A stretch of DNA of 64,000 bases, taken from NCBI GenBank assembly GCA_905178155.1, contig CAJINV010000002.1, positions 12,766,387-12,830,386 on the forward strand, given 5' to 3'. The notes under the pieces are model-generated. The model made no database searches and was not told the DNA's origin. It worked only from the letters and a program-made list of their open reading frames with translations. This DNA comes from Amoebophrya sp. A120 (lineage: Eukaryota; Protista; Dinoflagellata). A program made the position numbers and the translations under genes. Positions within the stretch are counted from its first letter, which is position 1, and every line of letters starts with the position of its first letter. This document shows positions 26,634 through 39,473 of the stretch, piece by piece.

Positions 26634-28622
26634 ATGGCAGACACCGTTGAGCAACAAGTTTCTGTCCCGGCTTTGGACAGCCAGACCCAGGAGGAAGTGA
26701 ACCTGTTTCTGCGGAAAACGCAGGAAACCGACGTGGAACCGGTTTTGGCTGCTCCCAAGGCCGCCCCCTTCTCTGACATTGTTGCCTATCAAATGCAAAA
26801 ATGTCTGGGTCTGGAAACTTGTGATGCAAGTCCGTGAACAATAAGTGCTCTGTAATGCGCCGCCAAGCATGACAAGTTTTTCTTTTTTCGTGCTTCTGTG
26901 ATGCGTATTTCGCATGAGAAACTGCGCTTTTGCATGACAGGCAAGAGGACCTCTTGGTGGCCGCGCAACACAGAGTACAGAGTCATGCCAGACTAGCATG
27001 ACAATGTTGCAGACCCAGACATTTTTGCGTTTGATATTGCCTCCATGGCTGCGATTCCGGAGCAAACTGCTGCCGAGTCCCGCAAGGTGGAAGTCGCGGC
27101 CGGTACCACTGTCGCTGTGCCAGCGAAGAAGGACGAAGAAGACTCTGCCACCGAAGCACGTATATATATATACATAACTTTGATTATATGGAGCTTTTGC
27201 TTTTTCTAGCAGCATTGCGTTGAAAATCTAGCAGCATTGATTTTTTATTTTTACCTATTTGAGCATGGCATGCGATGCAAACTGAAACTTTGACTTTCGT
27301 AAAACCACTGCACAGTGCGCGGCTCCACCAGCGCGGGATCCAGCAACCCGTCTTCCTCTTCCAGTGCGGGCGCTTCCACCGCGACGGATGCGTCTTCTTC
27401 CGCGGCCGAGACCGAAACCGAGGGCGCCGGCGGCAAGAAGGGCGTGGACCTGAAGGCGTTCAAGAACATGCTGAAGTCGTTCGCGGACTACAAGGATCCG
27501 GACACCTGGTCGCAGGTGTTGAACCCGAACAACAAGGCCTACAACCCGCAGTTGGCCACCCTGCACAAGGCCATCCAGTGGGCCACGCAAAAAACCCGCA
27601 CGCCGAAGGACAAGAAGAAGAAGGAGGAGGAGAAGGCGGCCGCCGAAAAGCAGGCCGCGGGCGAAAACTCCGGCTCCGGCTCCTCCGCCGAGGAGGGGGA
27701 AGCTTCGTCCTCCTCCGGCAACAAGAAAAAGTCCGCGACCACCCGCGCCAGCGCCGCGACCGGAACCTCCTCCGGCGCGGAGTCTACGGATGGCACGGAG
27801 CAGCTGCTGATGGGCAAGTTCGCGCAGCACCTGATGGCCGCCAAGGGGCTCACCCCGGCGAACAAAGGGGCCGCGAACAAGGGAAACAACGGTAGTTCTG
27901 CGGACTACCACTACGGCGCCGCCTTTTTCGGCAAGAACGGCGGCTCCTGGGGGCAGCACGGGAAGCACCACTTCGGGAAGAATGGCGGTGGTCACCACCC
28001 GCAGGGCTACAACTACAACAAGGGCGGCAAGTACTACAACAGTCAGTACAGCCAGTACCAGTACGGCTCGGCCTACCAGCAGCAGCAGGCGAGCAAGGGC
28101 TACGGCAAGCAGGGCAAAATGAACCACTATTACAACAACCAGTACAACAACCAGGGCAAGTGGGGAAACACCGGCGCGACCAACGGCTACTACAACGCGG
28201 CGGGCAAGGACCAGAATGTCACAGCGTCCTACAACAAGAACGGCCAAACGACTACGACCTACTACCGTGCCGGCTTTGTGGATGCGCAAGCGGGTGAGGG
28301 TCAACAGGCGGGGAACAATGCGGCTTCCTACCAGAAGGGCGGTGCGGCTTCCGGTAGCCATTTGCAGTCTACCGCGGCTCCCTTCCACCCCAACAGCGGG
28401 GAACAGGGTGGCGCAGCGGCTTCCGGTGCGCCGAGCGAGATGCTGTCGCCCCTGCCCACGTCGCCGTTCGACATGGCCGGAATGCCCCCGTTCGCGCTTC
28501 CGCCGATGGACCCGTGGACCATGTCCATGATGATGGCGGGTTTGCCCCCGATGGGCCAGGACCCAGCCGCCTGGGCCGCTGCGGCGCACAGCGCGGCTGC
28601 GCCGGGCGGTTCGCCAGCCTGA
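26634..28622 (+). CDS. Low-complexity protein with G/N/Y/Q-rich region; one introner and one GT-AG intron (27160-27315)
   Basis: Exons join in frame; GC-rich coding-like codon usage; S/A-rich then GNYQ-rich segments. Confidence 0.7.
26787..27036. mobile_element. Introner family A (250 bp)
   Basis: Family A TIR; DR TTGCC/TTGCC; frame restored (DIVA|SMAA). Confidence 0.92.
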
Positions 28623-28987
28623 GCGACTGAAAAAGTATGAGAAATGTTGCTGAATATTATGATGAGCCAGATCGATAATTTATTATTTGATCGGGCGGCG
28701 GCTTGTTCTTTCGCGCAGCTTTCTTGTCACTACTGATCGTCTTCAAGGACGAAGATGAAACAATCCAACGTCGAAACCGCACTGGCTGTCTTGACCGGTT
28801 GTGTCAAGTGGAGGCTACTGCGGTTGGAAATAGAATGGACGATAGATTCGATCGATCCTTTTTTGCCGAGCACGAAAGGAATCACACTTTCTGCTTTCTC
28901 ACGAAAAGCAGAGTATAACTTTTTTCTAGATGTTATCATATTCCGCGACAAGCTAGTGGAAGAGGATAGTACACTACTTGTAGGAAG

Positions 28988-29196
28988 TATCGCAAGAAAA
29001 AACTGTTTCACTGTAAACTTGTGATGCATAAAATGGAACACAGAAGTGTTTGTCTTGCTACATATGCAAGAAAGAGGATTTTTAGCTGTGTTTTCCCTTA
29101 GGAAGCTTGCATGGCAAATTTTCTCTGTCATGTAGAACGAACTTGTGATGCAAAACCTGCAAAATCCTTACAGTGAAACAGTTTTTTCGTGGGATA
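28988..29196. mobile_element. Family C-like TIR element (209 bp) outside recognisable CDS (3'UTR or intergenic)
   Basis: TATCGCAAGAAAAAACTGTTTCACTGTAA...TTACAGTGAAACAGTTTTTTCGTGGGATA; DR GGAAG/GGAAG; internal TTGTGATGC. Confidence 0.88.
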
Positions 29197-30273
29197 GGAA
29201 GGACGAGGACCGGATTTTTACGTTTCTGAAAAAGGAAGGACGAAGGCGAATCGCCCTCGATGAACACGAAATGCTTTCTTTAAGGAGTAGATGAGATGAA
29301 GACTCCATCGATTTCAAAAGTAACAGTCTAAGCTTTTCTGTATTTCACGGCCTTCATCTATTTTCTTCCAACTCGCAATAAGTAAAGCTTATATTCACTT
29401 CAATTTGAAATCAATCTCACCACAAGCTTCAAACCCCCATTCACCTTTTTTGAACCGCATTTCAAAAAACATATCAAATTCACATAAACTCTCTCCCCTT
29501 TGTATTTGTTCCCACGTTTCCATCTTCAACATTGTCTCTCCCCGGACCATGTTTTCATATTGTAAAGAATTCTTTTCGATTTTCGCGACCCTTGACGCTC
29601 TTTTCTCGGTAGTTGCTCTCTAATCAAGAATTACTTTCCTAAAACCCAGCTCTTGTTTTGAAAAGTAACATACTAAATCAGTAGCTCCAGAAGTTGTTGA
29701 AGACATACCACGTTTCGCGTGAAAAAAAACCCAATGTCATATCTTGGAAAATGAATCTTCAGAAACGAGGGGCGGATGATATCTTGACGGATATGCCGCT
29801 CGACGTGTCTGCAGATTGTTAAAAAAACAAATATAAAAAATTGCGCATTGCTATGTCTCCTATGTAAAAATAATCGCTACGTAATTACCTCAGTAAACAC
29901 GACACGTTGTGTGCCGTTCGTTCCCCGGACGAGCCTGCAACTACCGGAAATTGAACAAACATGCCAAGAAAAAGCGGAGAAGTACAGAACCCACAGCTGT
30001 CCCCCCGCAATGCAGAAGTTTCCGAAAGAAAAAATCGTTTTCGCAATCGCGGCTAGCAGCTCTGGACGAGAGATGAGCTTTTGTGACACGAAGAAGTCGT
30101 CATCACACTTGGATGTTCTATCACCTTTCCGCTGCGGTTTGAATTTTTGTTGATCTTTTCTTCCATCACCTGTCCTGGGTAAAGTAATTAGAAGTTGAAC
30201 TCGGTATAGGGGCAATCGTTCGTGTCGCACCTCCCCCCGCGCATCATCAAACAGCCTCGTTTTTTATCCTGGC

Positions 30274-32064
30274 ATGGCGCTCGCCAGCTCCCCCAGCAGA
30301 TGGCGGATGTTCGTGGCGGGTGGGCACACGACTCAATTTTTGGGCAAGGGCCACCCGAGTTTCATCCACCCCAAGCACCCGGAGTTTGGAAAGAAGCACA
30401 ACCCCTCGTGGCGGGACTACATGCAGGAAAGTGTGGTGGGTGCGGTAAAGGATGCATTCGGCCTACCGGACGACGACCCGGGGGCGCTCGACGCCGCGTG
30501 TGCTCAGGTCGACCGACTGTACGTCGGCAACTTTGCGGGCGAGCTCTTTGTGCAACAGGGGCATCTGGGGCCCGCCCTGGTCGGGGTGTCTAAGCAGTTC
30601 CAATACAAGCCGGCCATGCGAATAGAAGGCGCCTGCGCGAGCGGTGGCCTCGCGCTTGCCGCAGCGGTCGACGCGTTGCAAGCAGGGCAGGGAACCGATA
30701 TTGCACTCGTCGCAGGGGTCGAGGTGCAGTCGACAGTAAGTGCGCGGGAAGGAGGTAGTACTGTTGATTCGTTAGTACGTCTTGCTGTAATACTTATATC
30801 GGGTTGTAGATGCTCTTCTACTTCTACTCGCGCATCCATTTGTGCTGTGAAAAATTTCTAGGTCATTTTCGAGTACTCAAATGAAAAAGTAACTTCTACA
30901 GGTACCTTTCTCGCGCGCGCGGCGGATTTTGACCGACAAGCGAAAATCGACGATTTCGCGTTTCCGTGTTTGCTGGCGCGCCGGGCCAAGGCCTACTTGG
31001 ACAAGTACCCGCGAGCGACCGGCATGGCCAGCCTGAATCCTTTCGTGGAGAAGGCCTACCGCAACGGCAACCTAAACCCGAAGGCGCACATGCACAAGGT
31101 GCAGGTGAGCAGTGAGGCCTTGAATTTGGACGACAAAAATCCGTGTTTTCTGTCCAACGACGACTACAAGAGCTTCGTGCGGATGCGGGACTGCATATTG
31201 CAAGGAAAAATCCTCCCTCCCCATACCAAAAGGGGACACTTCTGAAAATTTGTGATGCTGATTTGAGACCACAAATCGTCTCTGTGTTGCAAGAAGGCAA
31301 ATCCAAAATCTCCGCCGCGTTCTGCAGGCAATTTGTAATGCTGTATGGCCTACGGAGGACGCGCCTGCCTTGCCTCGCATTAACACCAAAGCGCCCCTAC
31401 GCCGGCTTTGTATCTGGTTGCAGTCTTTCACTGCAAGACGCAGCCGATTTGTGTACACAAATGCCGCATCACAGAGCTCCATTTCGATATGGGGAGGGGG
31501 GGCGTTTCCTTTTGATACTGCAGTCAAGTTTCTGACGGCGGCAGTTGCTTGGTCTTGTGTAACGAGAAGGGCGCCGAGAAGCTTCGCGGCGGCGTAAAAG
31601 AGAACCTCGTGGAACTTTGCGGCATCGAGTACGGGTGCGGGAATCTGTACCAGGACCCGGACGACTTGGCGAAGATGGACACGGCAGCGGCTGTGGTGGG
31701 GCGTTTGCTGAAACGCACGGGCGTTTTGAACCCCAAAGAGGAAGTCGACGTGTTCGAGGTGCACGACTGTTTCAGCATCGCGGAGGTGCTCATGTACGAG
31801 GCCATCGGGCTCACAAAGCCGGGTGAGGCGCTCGCAGAGGAAGTGGCAGCCACGGTCGGCAAAAAAGTCAATACCGGTGGTGGATTGCTCAGTTTCGGAC
31901 ATCCAGTCGGGGCGACCGGAGTCAAGCAGGTGCACGAGTGCTACCGACAGATTCGGGGACAGAGCGGCGACTACCAGCTCGCAGGAGAAGTAAATCGGGG
32001 CCTTGCTGTGAATATGGGCGGCGACGACAAAACCATTGTTGCAACACTGCTGCAGAAGTTGTAG
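30274..32064 (+). CDS. SCP2-type thiolase (HDCF type); one GT-AG intron and one introner
   Basis: EGACASGG, DCSQVSDG (after introner removal), EVHDCF, GHPVGATG and NMGGDDKT motifs. Confidence 0.92.
31196..31517. mobile_element. Introner family D (322 bp)
   Basis: TATTGCAAGGAAAAATCCTCCCTCCCCATA...TATGGGGAGGGGGGGCGTTTCCTTTTGATA; DR CTGCA/CTGCA; interrupts the conserved thiolase DC|SQVSDG. Confidence 0.9.
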
Positions 32065-32415
32065 AGGTAAAAGCCTTGCAAGCGACGCAGCCCGCCACGA
32101 TCATCAGCAATAGAAATGCTCTTTTCCGACGTGTAACCATAGTTTTGCTTCGTTCGCTTTTTGTGTTGTGAACGCTTCGCAGAAAAACAAAAATTGCCTT
32201 GGCACAAAACAGCTGACGTTGCTTTTCGCATTCATCTTGGTTCTTGCTGCAAATGTTCATACTTTTATCTTCGCATGAATGATTTTTTGAAATAATAATT
32301 TGTTCGTGCTGATGCTGTATGTTTCCTTTTCTATTTTCTGACTCTGCTTTCGCAAGCAGAAAAGGGCCAGAGATTCAGTGTTCTGCTACACTGGTGTTTT
32401 GCATAGGAATAGTTG

Positions 32416-32568
32416 ACAGCAAGCAGCGTCAGCATTTCTTCCGCTGCGTCCTTCCAAGAGCAAATTATTCCTATTCAGCAAATGCGAAGACTCCAGGGAC
32501 GAAAAAGAATAGGAGTGAATCGCACAGGGACAATCTAAGGCTTAGAGTCGAACAGATTCAAATCATCA
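32416..32568 (+). mobile_element. 5'-truncated 3' end of RTE-like LINE (~153 bp)
   Basis: Near-identical to 56689-56841; both end in TCAAATCATCA. Confidence 0.7.
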
Positions 32569-32863
32569 GTTCGCAAGAAATGGATCAGTCCAGTGGCAGA
32601 TTCAGTTAAGTACTGTAGCTGTGTTGTAGTTCACCACTTGGAGCCTTGCTTGCGATCTTTTTTGGTGGACGAAATGAGTACTGACTCCGACTCGAGTACT
32701 TCATTCTGATCTTGAATTTTTTGAAGCAAGATTTTTCTGCTCGCGTTGATCACTCGAGAAAAAGCGACGGAGCCATTGCTATGGGAAAAGTGGTGGATAA
32801 AGTACTACAATTCAACAACATTGCGGCCCCTCCTATATAATTCAAAATGTTCTTTGCTGGATC

Positions 32864-35584
32864 ATGAGAAAGCCTTTTCCTTCCGGACTCCACCTCCCGA
32901 ACGGAACCAGAGTAAACCACCCTCAACGTGCAAGAGCCAGAGTTTGTTCGCCACCACGCGCCAGAACCTCGACAGCACTTTGTCACCTCAGCGACGGCAG
33001 TTTCAAAAATTCGAAATCCTCGGAATCCCTCACCACTAGGTTTTTGCTGCCCGCCGTTGTGAAGCAGAACCTAAATCACACAGTAGTTCTTCCCAGGAGG
33101 CAATTCGGCGTTTACTGTCGAACAAAACCGCTATTTGCGAGCTACGAGGAGCAGAAATGGTTGGACTTCAAGCGATCGCTGGACGAGGCGGAGCCCGACC
33201 GGCGGTTGATCACCGAGGAAGAAGTGCTGCGGTACTACCTACTGACAAAACGCGACTTGGTCGCCCTCGAAAAGATCGAGGAGGAAAATCCCTACGCCGT
33301 CGTGGGGCAAAGCGGTTCGTTCCAACAAGGGAACGACCAGGTGGACGTGCGTGGAGCAACAGAGGAAAACGGCCAGCCCACGTCGGATCCGGCAACGGAC
33401 GCGGCGATCGTGAATTCCTACTGGCTTTCGGACATTGCGCCCCTGGCATTGAGGATACACGGCCGGGAACGACTGGAAACGAACTTTCACCGACATTTCA
33501 GGGACCCCGCAGCACAACATCATTTTCAAGGCGACGACCACGAAGCCGGCGGTCAAGTACGAGAACAGGCAAGAACATGTTATACGTCATCAATTCCCGG
33601 TTATACATCAGAGGGAGCTGCAGAGGGGACGACGACAGCTGGGGGTGACGATATTTTATTTACGCAGAGCGACAAAACAAGGCCCTTCGAACAACTGCAA
33701 CGAGAGGTGGACTCCGGGCAGGAGCGGAATGCCACGCCTTCGAATGAGCAGCCGGAAAGTCGGATCTTCGGGTTCTTAGCATGGCACACTACCACCGAGA
33801 ACCTGATCCAGAGCAAGCGACGATGGTACACGAACCGCCCGGCGGGGTCGGCGAATGGCTCCGGCAAACACGGCGCGCCCGCTGGTGCGTTGGGCGGGCA
33901 GGAGCCGCAACAGGAGGGGAAGATCTCTTTGTGGCAAGGGTTGATCTCGAACTCGCTGATCCTATCCATCAAGCTTGCCGTCTTCCTGGTTTCCCGGTCG
34001 CAGGCAATTTACGCCGAGATGATGCACTCCGTGGCGGACGTTACCAATTACTCCTACCGGCTTTTGATGCTGCGGCAGGCGGAGCGGCAGGGGCCCAACC
34101 TGCAGCACCCCTACGGCTACGCGCCGTTGCGGTACATCACGGCGGACCGGAGCTTCGTCGTGCTCGGAATCATCGGCGGCGTGTTTCCGCTGTTGCACGG
34201 CCTGTTGGAAATGTGGGAACTGCACACGAACCTTCTCGAAGCGGTCGCTAGTACGCCAACAGCTGCTTCGGAAGAGCTGACAGCAGGTGTCGTGGTGGAC
34301 CTACACAGTGGCTCTACTGGCACACCTGATTCTGCTGGGTGCGTAGGAGGAGAGGCTCGCACTTCTGCCGACGGAGCACCAATTGATGTTTCACCTTCAT
34401 CCCTCGAAGTCCTCGAGGGCACTACGCAGAAAGTGATTCACTGGTCCTCCATTCTGCCGGCGATCACGGTGCTGGGCGCCTCCTGCGGTCTCGAGTTTCG
34501 CGCCGCGCAGGTCAGCTTCCGCGAAATCGAACAACTAGCGCAGCGCAGCTTTCTCATTTCCGATCCCGTCGCTAGTGCTCAGCAGGACGTTGGCGTAGGA
34601 AAAAATTCTTCGAATGTGAGCAGAAGCAGAATATCGAAAATTTTTACTGGTGGGGCCGCCCGAGGTGGTCATTTTTACGGCTTGTTCGGCAGCAAGTGGT
34701 TCCATAATTTATTCGACGGCAGCAAGGTGGTCCCGAGCCCGACACAACTCTTGCAGGGGACCACCGCAGCACACCAGAGAGCGAACCGGTACCGCTTAGT
34801 GTACAAGTACCTGCACTCTGGCACGGATGTGATGTCGATTGCCACGTTCCTGGAGGCCAGCGTGGGGGTGATCGGGTGCGTGGTGGGTATGGAGGGACTG
34901 TTGCTCTCCTTCCTGACGCAGAACCCGCTGTACGACATCCAGGCCTCGCTGGCCATGTCCACGATGGTGCTGGGCACCAGCTACTTTCTGCTCACCCGCA
35001 CCACCACGTCATTGCTCGGCCAGGCACTGCCGGAAAAGACCGCCGGGTTTCTCGTGCGCAAGGTCGTCTCGGATTTTCGCACGGTGTCGGACCTGTACGA
35101 CATCAAAACTGAGATTCTAGGCACGGACACCGTGCGCTTCAAAGCCGAGGTCCGCTTCAACCCAGAGGCCATCACCGAGCGAAAAAAGAAAGCCGCGGAC
35201 GAAAAAATTCTGGCGCACATTCTCCAGAAAAATCAAAAAGCAGCGGAAGCCGCTGGAGATGATGATCAGGGTGGTAAAATCAACTCTGGCGAGCAGAACA
35301 TGAGCGACGGAAGTTACTACACAACATCACTCACGGAGAATTTGCAGCGGGTGCTACTACGCCCTCGTACAACTCTAGTAGAACAAGTGCAGAACCAGGG
35401 TGACGACGAAAGTTGCGAGAAATCAGACGAAGCAAAAGTAAATCAGCTGAACCAGTTGCTGATCGAGAGTGATGCGGAATTTTACGTGGCACTCACACGG
35501 GAGCTGAAAAAGGTGGAGGCGACGATCAAGCAAGAACTTGGGAAAGAGTTCAAATACGTGCACGTCGATTTAGAGCCGCTTTGA
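32864..35584 (+). CDS. Cation diffusion facilitator, ZnT9/SLC30A9-like, single exon
   Basis: AEMMHSVAD, HPYGY, YYLLTKRDL...NPY and DIKTEILG..VRFKAEV motifs; C-terminal HVDLE. Confidence 0.85.
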   Translation: MRKPFPSGLHLPNGTRVNHPQRARARVCSPPRARTSTALCHLSDGSFKNSKSSESLTTRFLLPAVVKQNLNHTVVLPRRQFGVYCRTKPLFASYEEQKWLDFKRSLDEAEPDRRLITEEEVLRYYLLTKRDLVALEKIEEENPYAVVGQSGSFQQGNDQVDVRGATEENGQPTSDPATDAAIVNSYWLSDIAPLALRIHGRERLETNFHRHFRDPAAQHHFQGDDHEAGGQVREQARTCYTSSIPGYTSEGAAEGTTTAGGDDILFTQSDKTRPFEQLQREVDSGQERNATPSNEQPESRIFGFLAWHTTTENLIQSKRRWYTNRPAGSANGSGKHGAPAGALGGQEPQQEGKISLWQGLISNSLILSIKLAVFLVSRSQAIYAEMMHSVADVTNYSYRLLMLRQAERQGPNLQHPYGYAPLRYITADRSFVVLGIIGGVFPLLHGLLEMWELHTNLLEAVASTPTAASEELTAGVVVDLHSGSTGTPDSAGCVGGEARTSADGAPIDVSPSSLEVLEGTTQKVIHWSSILPAITVLGASCGLEFRAAQVSFREIEQLAQRSFLISDPVASAQQDVGVGKNSSNVSRSRISKIFTGGAARGGHFYGLFGSKWFHNLFDGSKVVPSPTQLLQGTTAAHQRANRYRLVYKYLHSGTDVMSIATFLEASVGVIGCVVGMEGLLLSFLTQNPLYDIQASLAMSTMVLGTSYFLLTRTTTSLLGQALPEKTAGFLVRKVVSDFRTVSDLYDIKTEILGTDTVRFKAEVRFNPEAITERKKKAADEKILAHILQKNQKAAEAAGDDDQGGKINSGEQNMSDGSYYTTSLTENLQRVLLRPRTTLVEQVQNQGDDESCEKSDEAKVNQLNQLLIESDAEFYVALTRELKKVEATIKQELGKEFKYVHVDLEPL

Positions 35585-36703
35585 GTTCTTGTTCGTGGAT
35601 GGAAACTTTTCTTGCTGCTGGTAGTTTATCTACTTGAAAGGCACGACTGCATAAGGACTACACGCCCGGGGCCGGATTTGAAGAACCTGAGGACGCTCGT
35701 GCCTAACAAAGAATGTATGCTTTCGACTGTCAACATGTTCCTTCGTTTGCTTTCCACTGGACAGCACACATTACAGGTCGGTACTAGTCCCTCGTGCCTC
35801 TTACTGGACAGCAAACAGGTCGGTTCAACTGGACAGCAATGTGAAGCATCGTCCCTCGTGCCTCTGAAGTAGATAATACAGGTCGTCGTGGTTTCATCAA
35901 TCCAGAACTGCAGGTTGATGACAAGAAGAAACTGTAGTTGTACGAGACAAAACTTTTCTAGTGCGTCGTACAAGTGTAACACTTGGACTTGTTTCTCTCC
36001 GCATTCGGTTTCGTCGTACGGTATAAGTCGTTTGAGCACAACTTCTAGATGACTGCGCACCGTGATCGTTCTTGATCGCTCTCTAAAAACGGAGGCCCTT
36101 CATCGTAAACTTCGTTCACTGATTCGTGCTGTTTGGTGACTTCGTAAGAAGTATGGTCTTAGCTCCCGTCCTCGGTCGTGTACCGTATGAAAATAAAATG
36201 CCGTCGGACGACTCACCATCGGTTTGGATCTACGTTACGCGTACTTTTCTTTGACTTTGTCTTCACTTACCTAAGTACTGTCCTCTGTCTTCACTTATCT
36301 GCCATTGGAAGCAGCGCTTAAAAATAGAATTGGATTAGTTGAGTAATCGAAATCAGGACCACACGAGGAAGACCCCGAAGCCCCTTTTCATTTTATTTTC
36401 TTACGATTCTGTATGTAAATCTGGATCCGGTTGGAAGTTGATGATTGTGAACATGTTTTTGATGAAATTTAAAACAACTTTGCGTCGTTCGGCGAGCGCA
36501 GCGAAAAACCCCTGACAAAGAGGACGAGGACAAGGACCCCGGGTACCGACACCGCCTCAACGCAGCGTTTTTCGGAGTAAGTAGGGCTGGTGTACTGATC
36601 CGAAAGGGTTACGAGGGCTCTCTTACCGAGGCGGAGCAGCGGGCATCATAAGTATTGGCTTTGTTCCATCCCCCGCATCTATAGGAAGTAGACTAGCAAG
36701 AAA

Positions 36704-39473
36704 ATGCTGCCTGGACAGAAGCCACTGTCGAGCCGGAACTGGCACATTTTGAAGGCGGCCGGGCATCAACTCCACCAGGATATGCTGAAAAAGAAGGGAC
36801 TGGTAAACGGTCAAGGCGGGTCGACGTGGGACGACCCAAGCTTTTTGCCTAACACGAAAGACAAGGCCCGCAACGTGTTCCGGGCCCTGAAGAAGCTCCT
36901 GCTCTACTGCATATACCCCCTGGTGATTCACACGCTTGCGTGGACGGCGTTGGTTTTCTACTTTGCCCCCTGGAACGGGGGGTTTTGGTACGCTCTTGGC
37001 GGTTGCCTGCTCGCGTTCCTCATCCCGGTCCTTGGGCTAGTGTTGCCGATCTACCTGATGCGCCGGAAGACGAAGCAGACGAGGGTAGACACCGGGTTTG
37101 TCGACTACGGGTGGGCGTCCCACGCGGCGGAGCATCTGCGCTCGCGCATGAATTCCCTGCGAATTCTGCTAAGCGTCGCGGCCATGGTCCTGTTTCTGGG
37201 CTGCGTTTCCCAGGGACTCACCGTACTGTACTTCTTGACCATATGGAAGCGTCAGGTTTGAAATCGACAAAGTTGAAATGATTTGTCATGCATAAAATGG
37301 ATACCAGTTGGAAGCCCAATTTCCAAGCGGCGCATGACAAATTTGCGGAGCACCGGAATCCACTTTGTCATGCTGTTTGGGCACAGAAGACTGTTTTTGT
37401 CATGCTCCTTTAGCAGCTCTATCCCAAACCCTAAATAGGCTCTTAATCTGCCTCGCTTGCTATCCCTGCAAGAGAGGGACTCCTTGTCTTGCAATTTATG
37501 CATGAGAAATCATTTCAACTTTGACGATTTCGATCCTGACACTCCCATAGACCAACAGCACTAACCGCAACGTGCTGGGACTCGAATCCAGCACCGAGCA
37601 CCCCGCCGCGCAGAGCCGGCCCGGCTGCAAGTACGATCCGGCGGACTGCACGGCGTCCCTCCCCGAAGGCAGCACACCCTCCCTGGGGCCCGCACCCGCG
37701 AACGAAGATAGCTGGCGGGGCAGCGCGCAGCAAAGCGACCTCCCTCCGGGTTCCACGCTCAACCGTGGGCGGAACATCGAAGCGCTCGACGCGCCGGAAA
37801 GCGCGGACCTGCTGACCGACCGCGCGAAGTACCAGGGCAGCGCCAACGTCCAGTTTCTGCCTCCCGCGCTGCTCTACATTTGCACCTTGAACGACCGTAA
37901 CACTCCGCTCTTCTCGCACTCGCGGCTGACCATCCCCACGATTTACACGAATTGCGACAAGACCTCCTCAGCCGCGGTGCAGCCGACCTGGTGGAATGGT
38001 ATCCCCCGGAAATAAGTTGGTCGTGGAATATTTACACATAAGCATATACAATGTGCATCGATCATAGGAATAAGTGTGCCGCAAGAAACTTGATGGAACT
38101 AGAAGCGGAGAAATTGAAGCAAAAGTATCGCACGAGCAAGCGCACACCAGAATGCTACTCGATGCAAGGCAAGAACGTTGATTGTTTTGTCGCAGATGAA
38201 TTATTTTCAAATTTCATTCTCTTTTCCGCGAAATAAATGTGTACATACGTGTATGTCTACCGCGCACCAGCTTTTCTGGGGGATACGCAAGTGGGTGCAC
38301 TACGACCGGCTCCAGTTGTGGGGGGTGAACGAGCGGGATGAGACGTACGGGGTTTGTCGCCACGACACGTCCACGACCGCGCAGCGCAGCTTCACGAACG
38401 TGTTTTACCGGCCCGAAAGCGTGGTTCCGGCGGTGTCCGCCTCCTTGGACTTCGCGGCGCAGGAGCGGTCCGCCGCGTTCGCGACGCCCGAGATCGGGGT
38501 GCACACGGGCGGGTGGACGCTCGGCGTGTTTCCCAGCAACTGGCACAAGGGCGAGTGGCCGGACACCAGCGACCCATACATCCGGCACGAGGTTCGCACG
38601 CAGACCGACGGCGTCTCCGTGCAGCGCGCGCAGGAGGTCTGGAACACCGTCGAAGCGTCCAACGCCAACACTGCGTGGACCAACACCCCCAACGGGGGGA
38701 TGGGCACCGAGCCCTGGTGGCGCATCGAGGCTTATGTGGGGCTGAAGCCGCAGATGGCGGGCGGGTTCTTCGGCGCGGGCAGCGAGTGGGTGCTCTCCGA
38801 GAAGCTGTTCGCCACGCAACTGGCCATCTTTGACTCGGTGACCACCCCGGCCCCGCACGCGTCGCGGCTCACGCTGCTGGACTACGTGACCCTGAACAAC
38901 TGGGGGGTGCAGTGGCACTACGACGAGGTGCACACCGACGAGCAGACCGCTTTCCGCAAGGCCTGTGTGGTCGTGGACACCGACACCGAGGTGCTGCTGG
39001 GACCGGTCACGGACGCGGACAGGGACGACGGCTACGACTACGGTTACGCCCTCAAGATGGCCAACTGCGGGGACATGTGGGGCTTCGGTGTGTTCACCAA
39101 CGACCAGTTCTACTACGACACCGAGACCAACGAGATCGCGTGGTGGCGCCCGTGGTTCTTCGACTCCAGCTACCGGCTCGCGTTTTTACCCTACGTCACA
39201 GGCTCGGGGGAATCGCGGACCACGGAGGGCAGGACGGACTTTCGCGTCGGCGTGGTCCACCAATCTTGGAGTGCGTACAACAACCACGCGCTCAAGTTTC
39301 GCGGGCAGGTATACGACCACGGGACGGACGGCTGGGCCTGTCTGCTGGTTCTCACGTCCCTTTTGGCGCTCGGCTCCTCGCTCTACGCCTTTTACATAGC
39401 CATCCACGCCATTCGAGATTTGGGCAGAATCAACGTCACTATGCACACCGAGATGATGGCCATGGGCTATTAG
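36704..39473 (+). CDS. Hypothetical membrane protein, split by two TIR elements
   Basis: ORFs 36704, 37572 and 38178 join in frame; hydrophobic helices at N and C ends. Confidence 0.65.
37242..37549. mobile_element. Introner family E (308 bp, ~55-bp TIR)
   Basis: TATGGAAGCGTCAGGTTTGAAATCGACAAAGTTGAAATGATTTGTCATGCATAAA and its near reverse complement; DR GACCA/GACCA. Confidence 0.92.
38000..38285. mobile_element. Degenerate introner (286 bp), DR lost
   Basis: TATCCCCCGGAAATAAGTTGG...CCAGCTTTTCTGGGGGATA; flanks AATGG/CGCAA do not match but element+5 nt keeps frame. Confidence 0.55.

Noticed and set aside
27255-28589. Long minus-strand ORFs (444 aa here; also 978-1682, 24770-25462, 31072-31935, 38214-38933)
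   Set aside because: They are antisense shadows of GC-rich + strand exons with no recognisable motifs.
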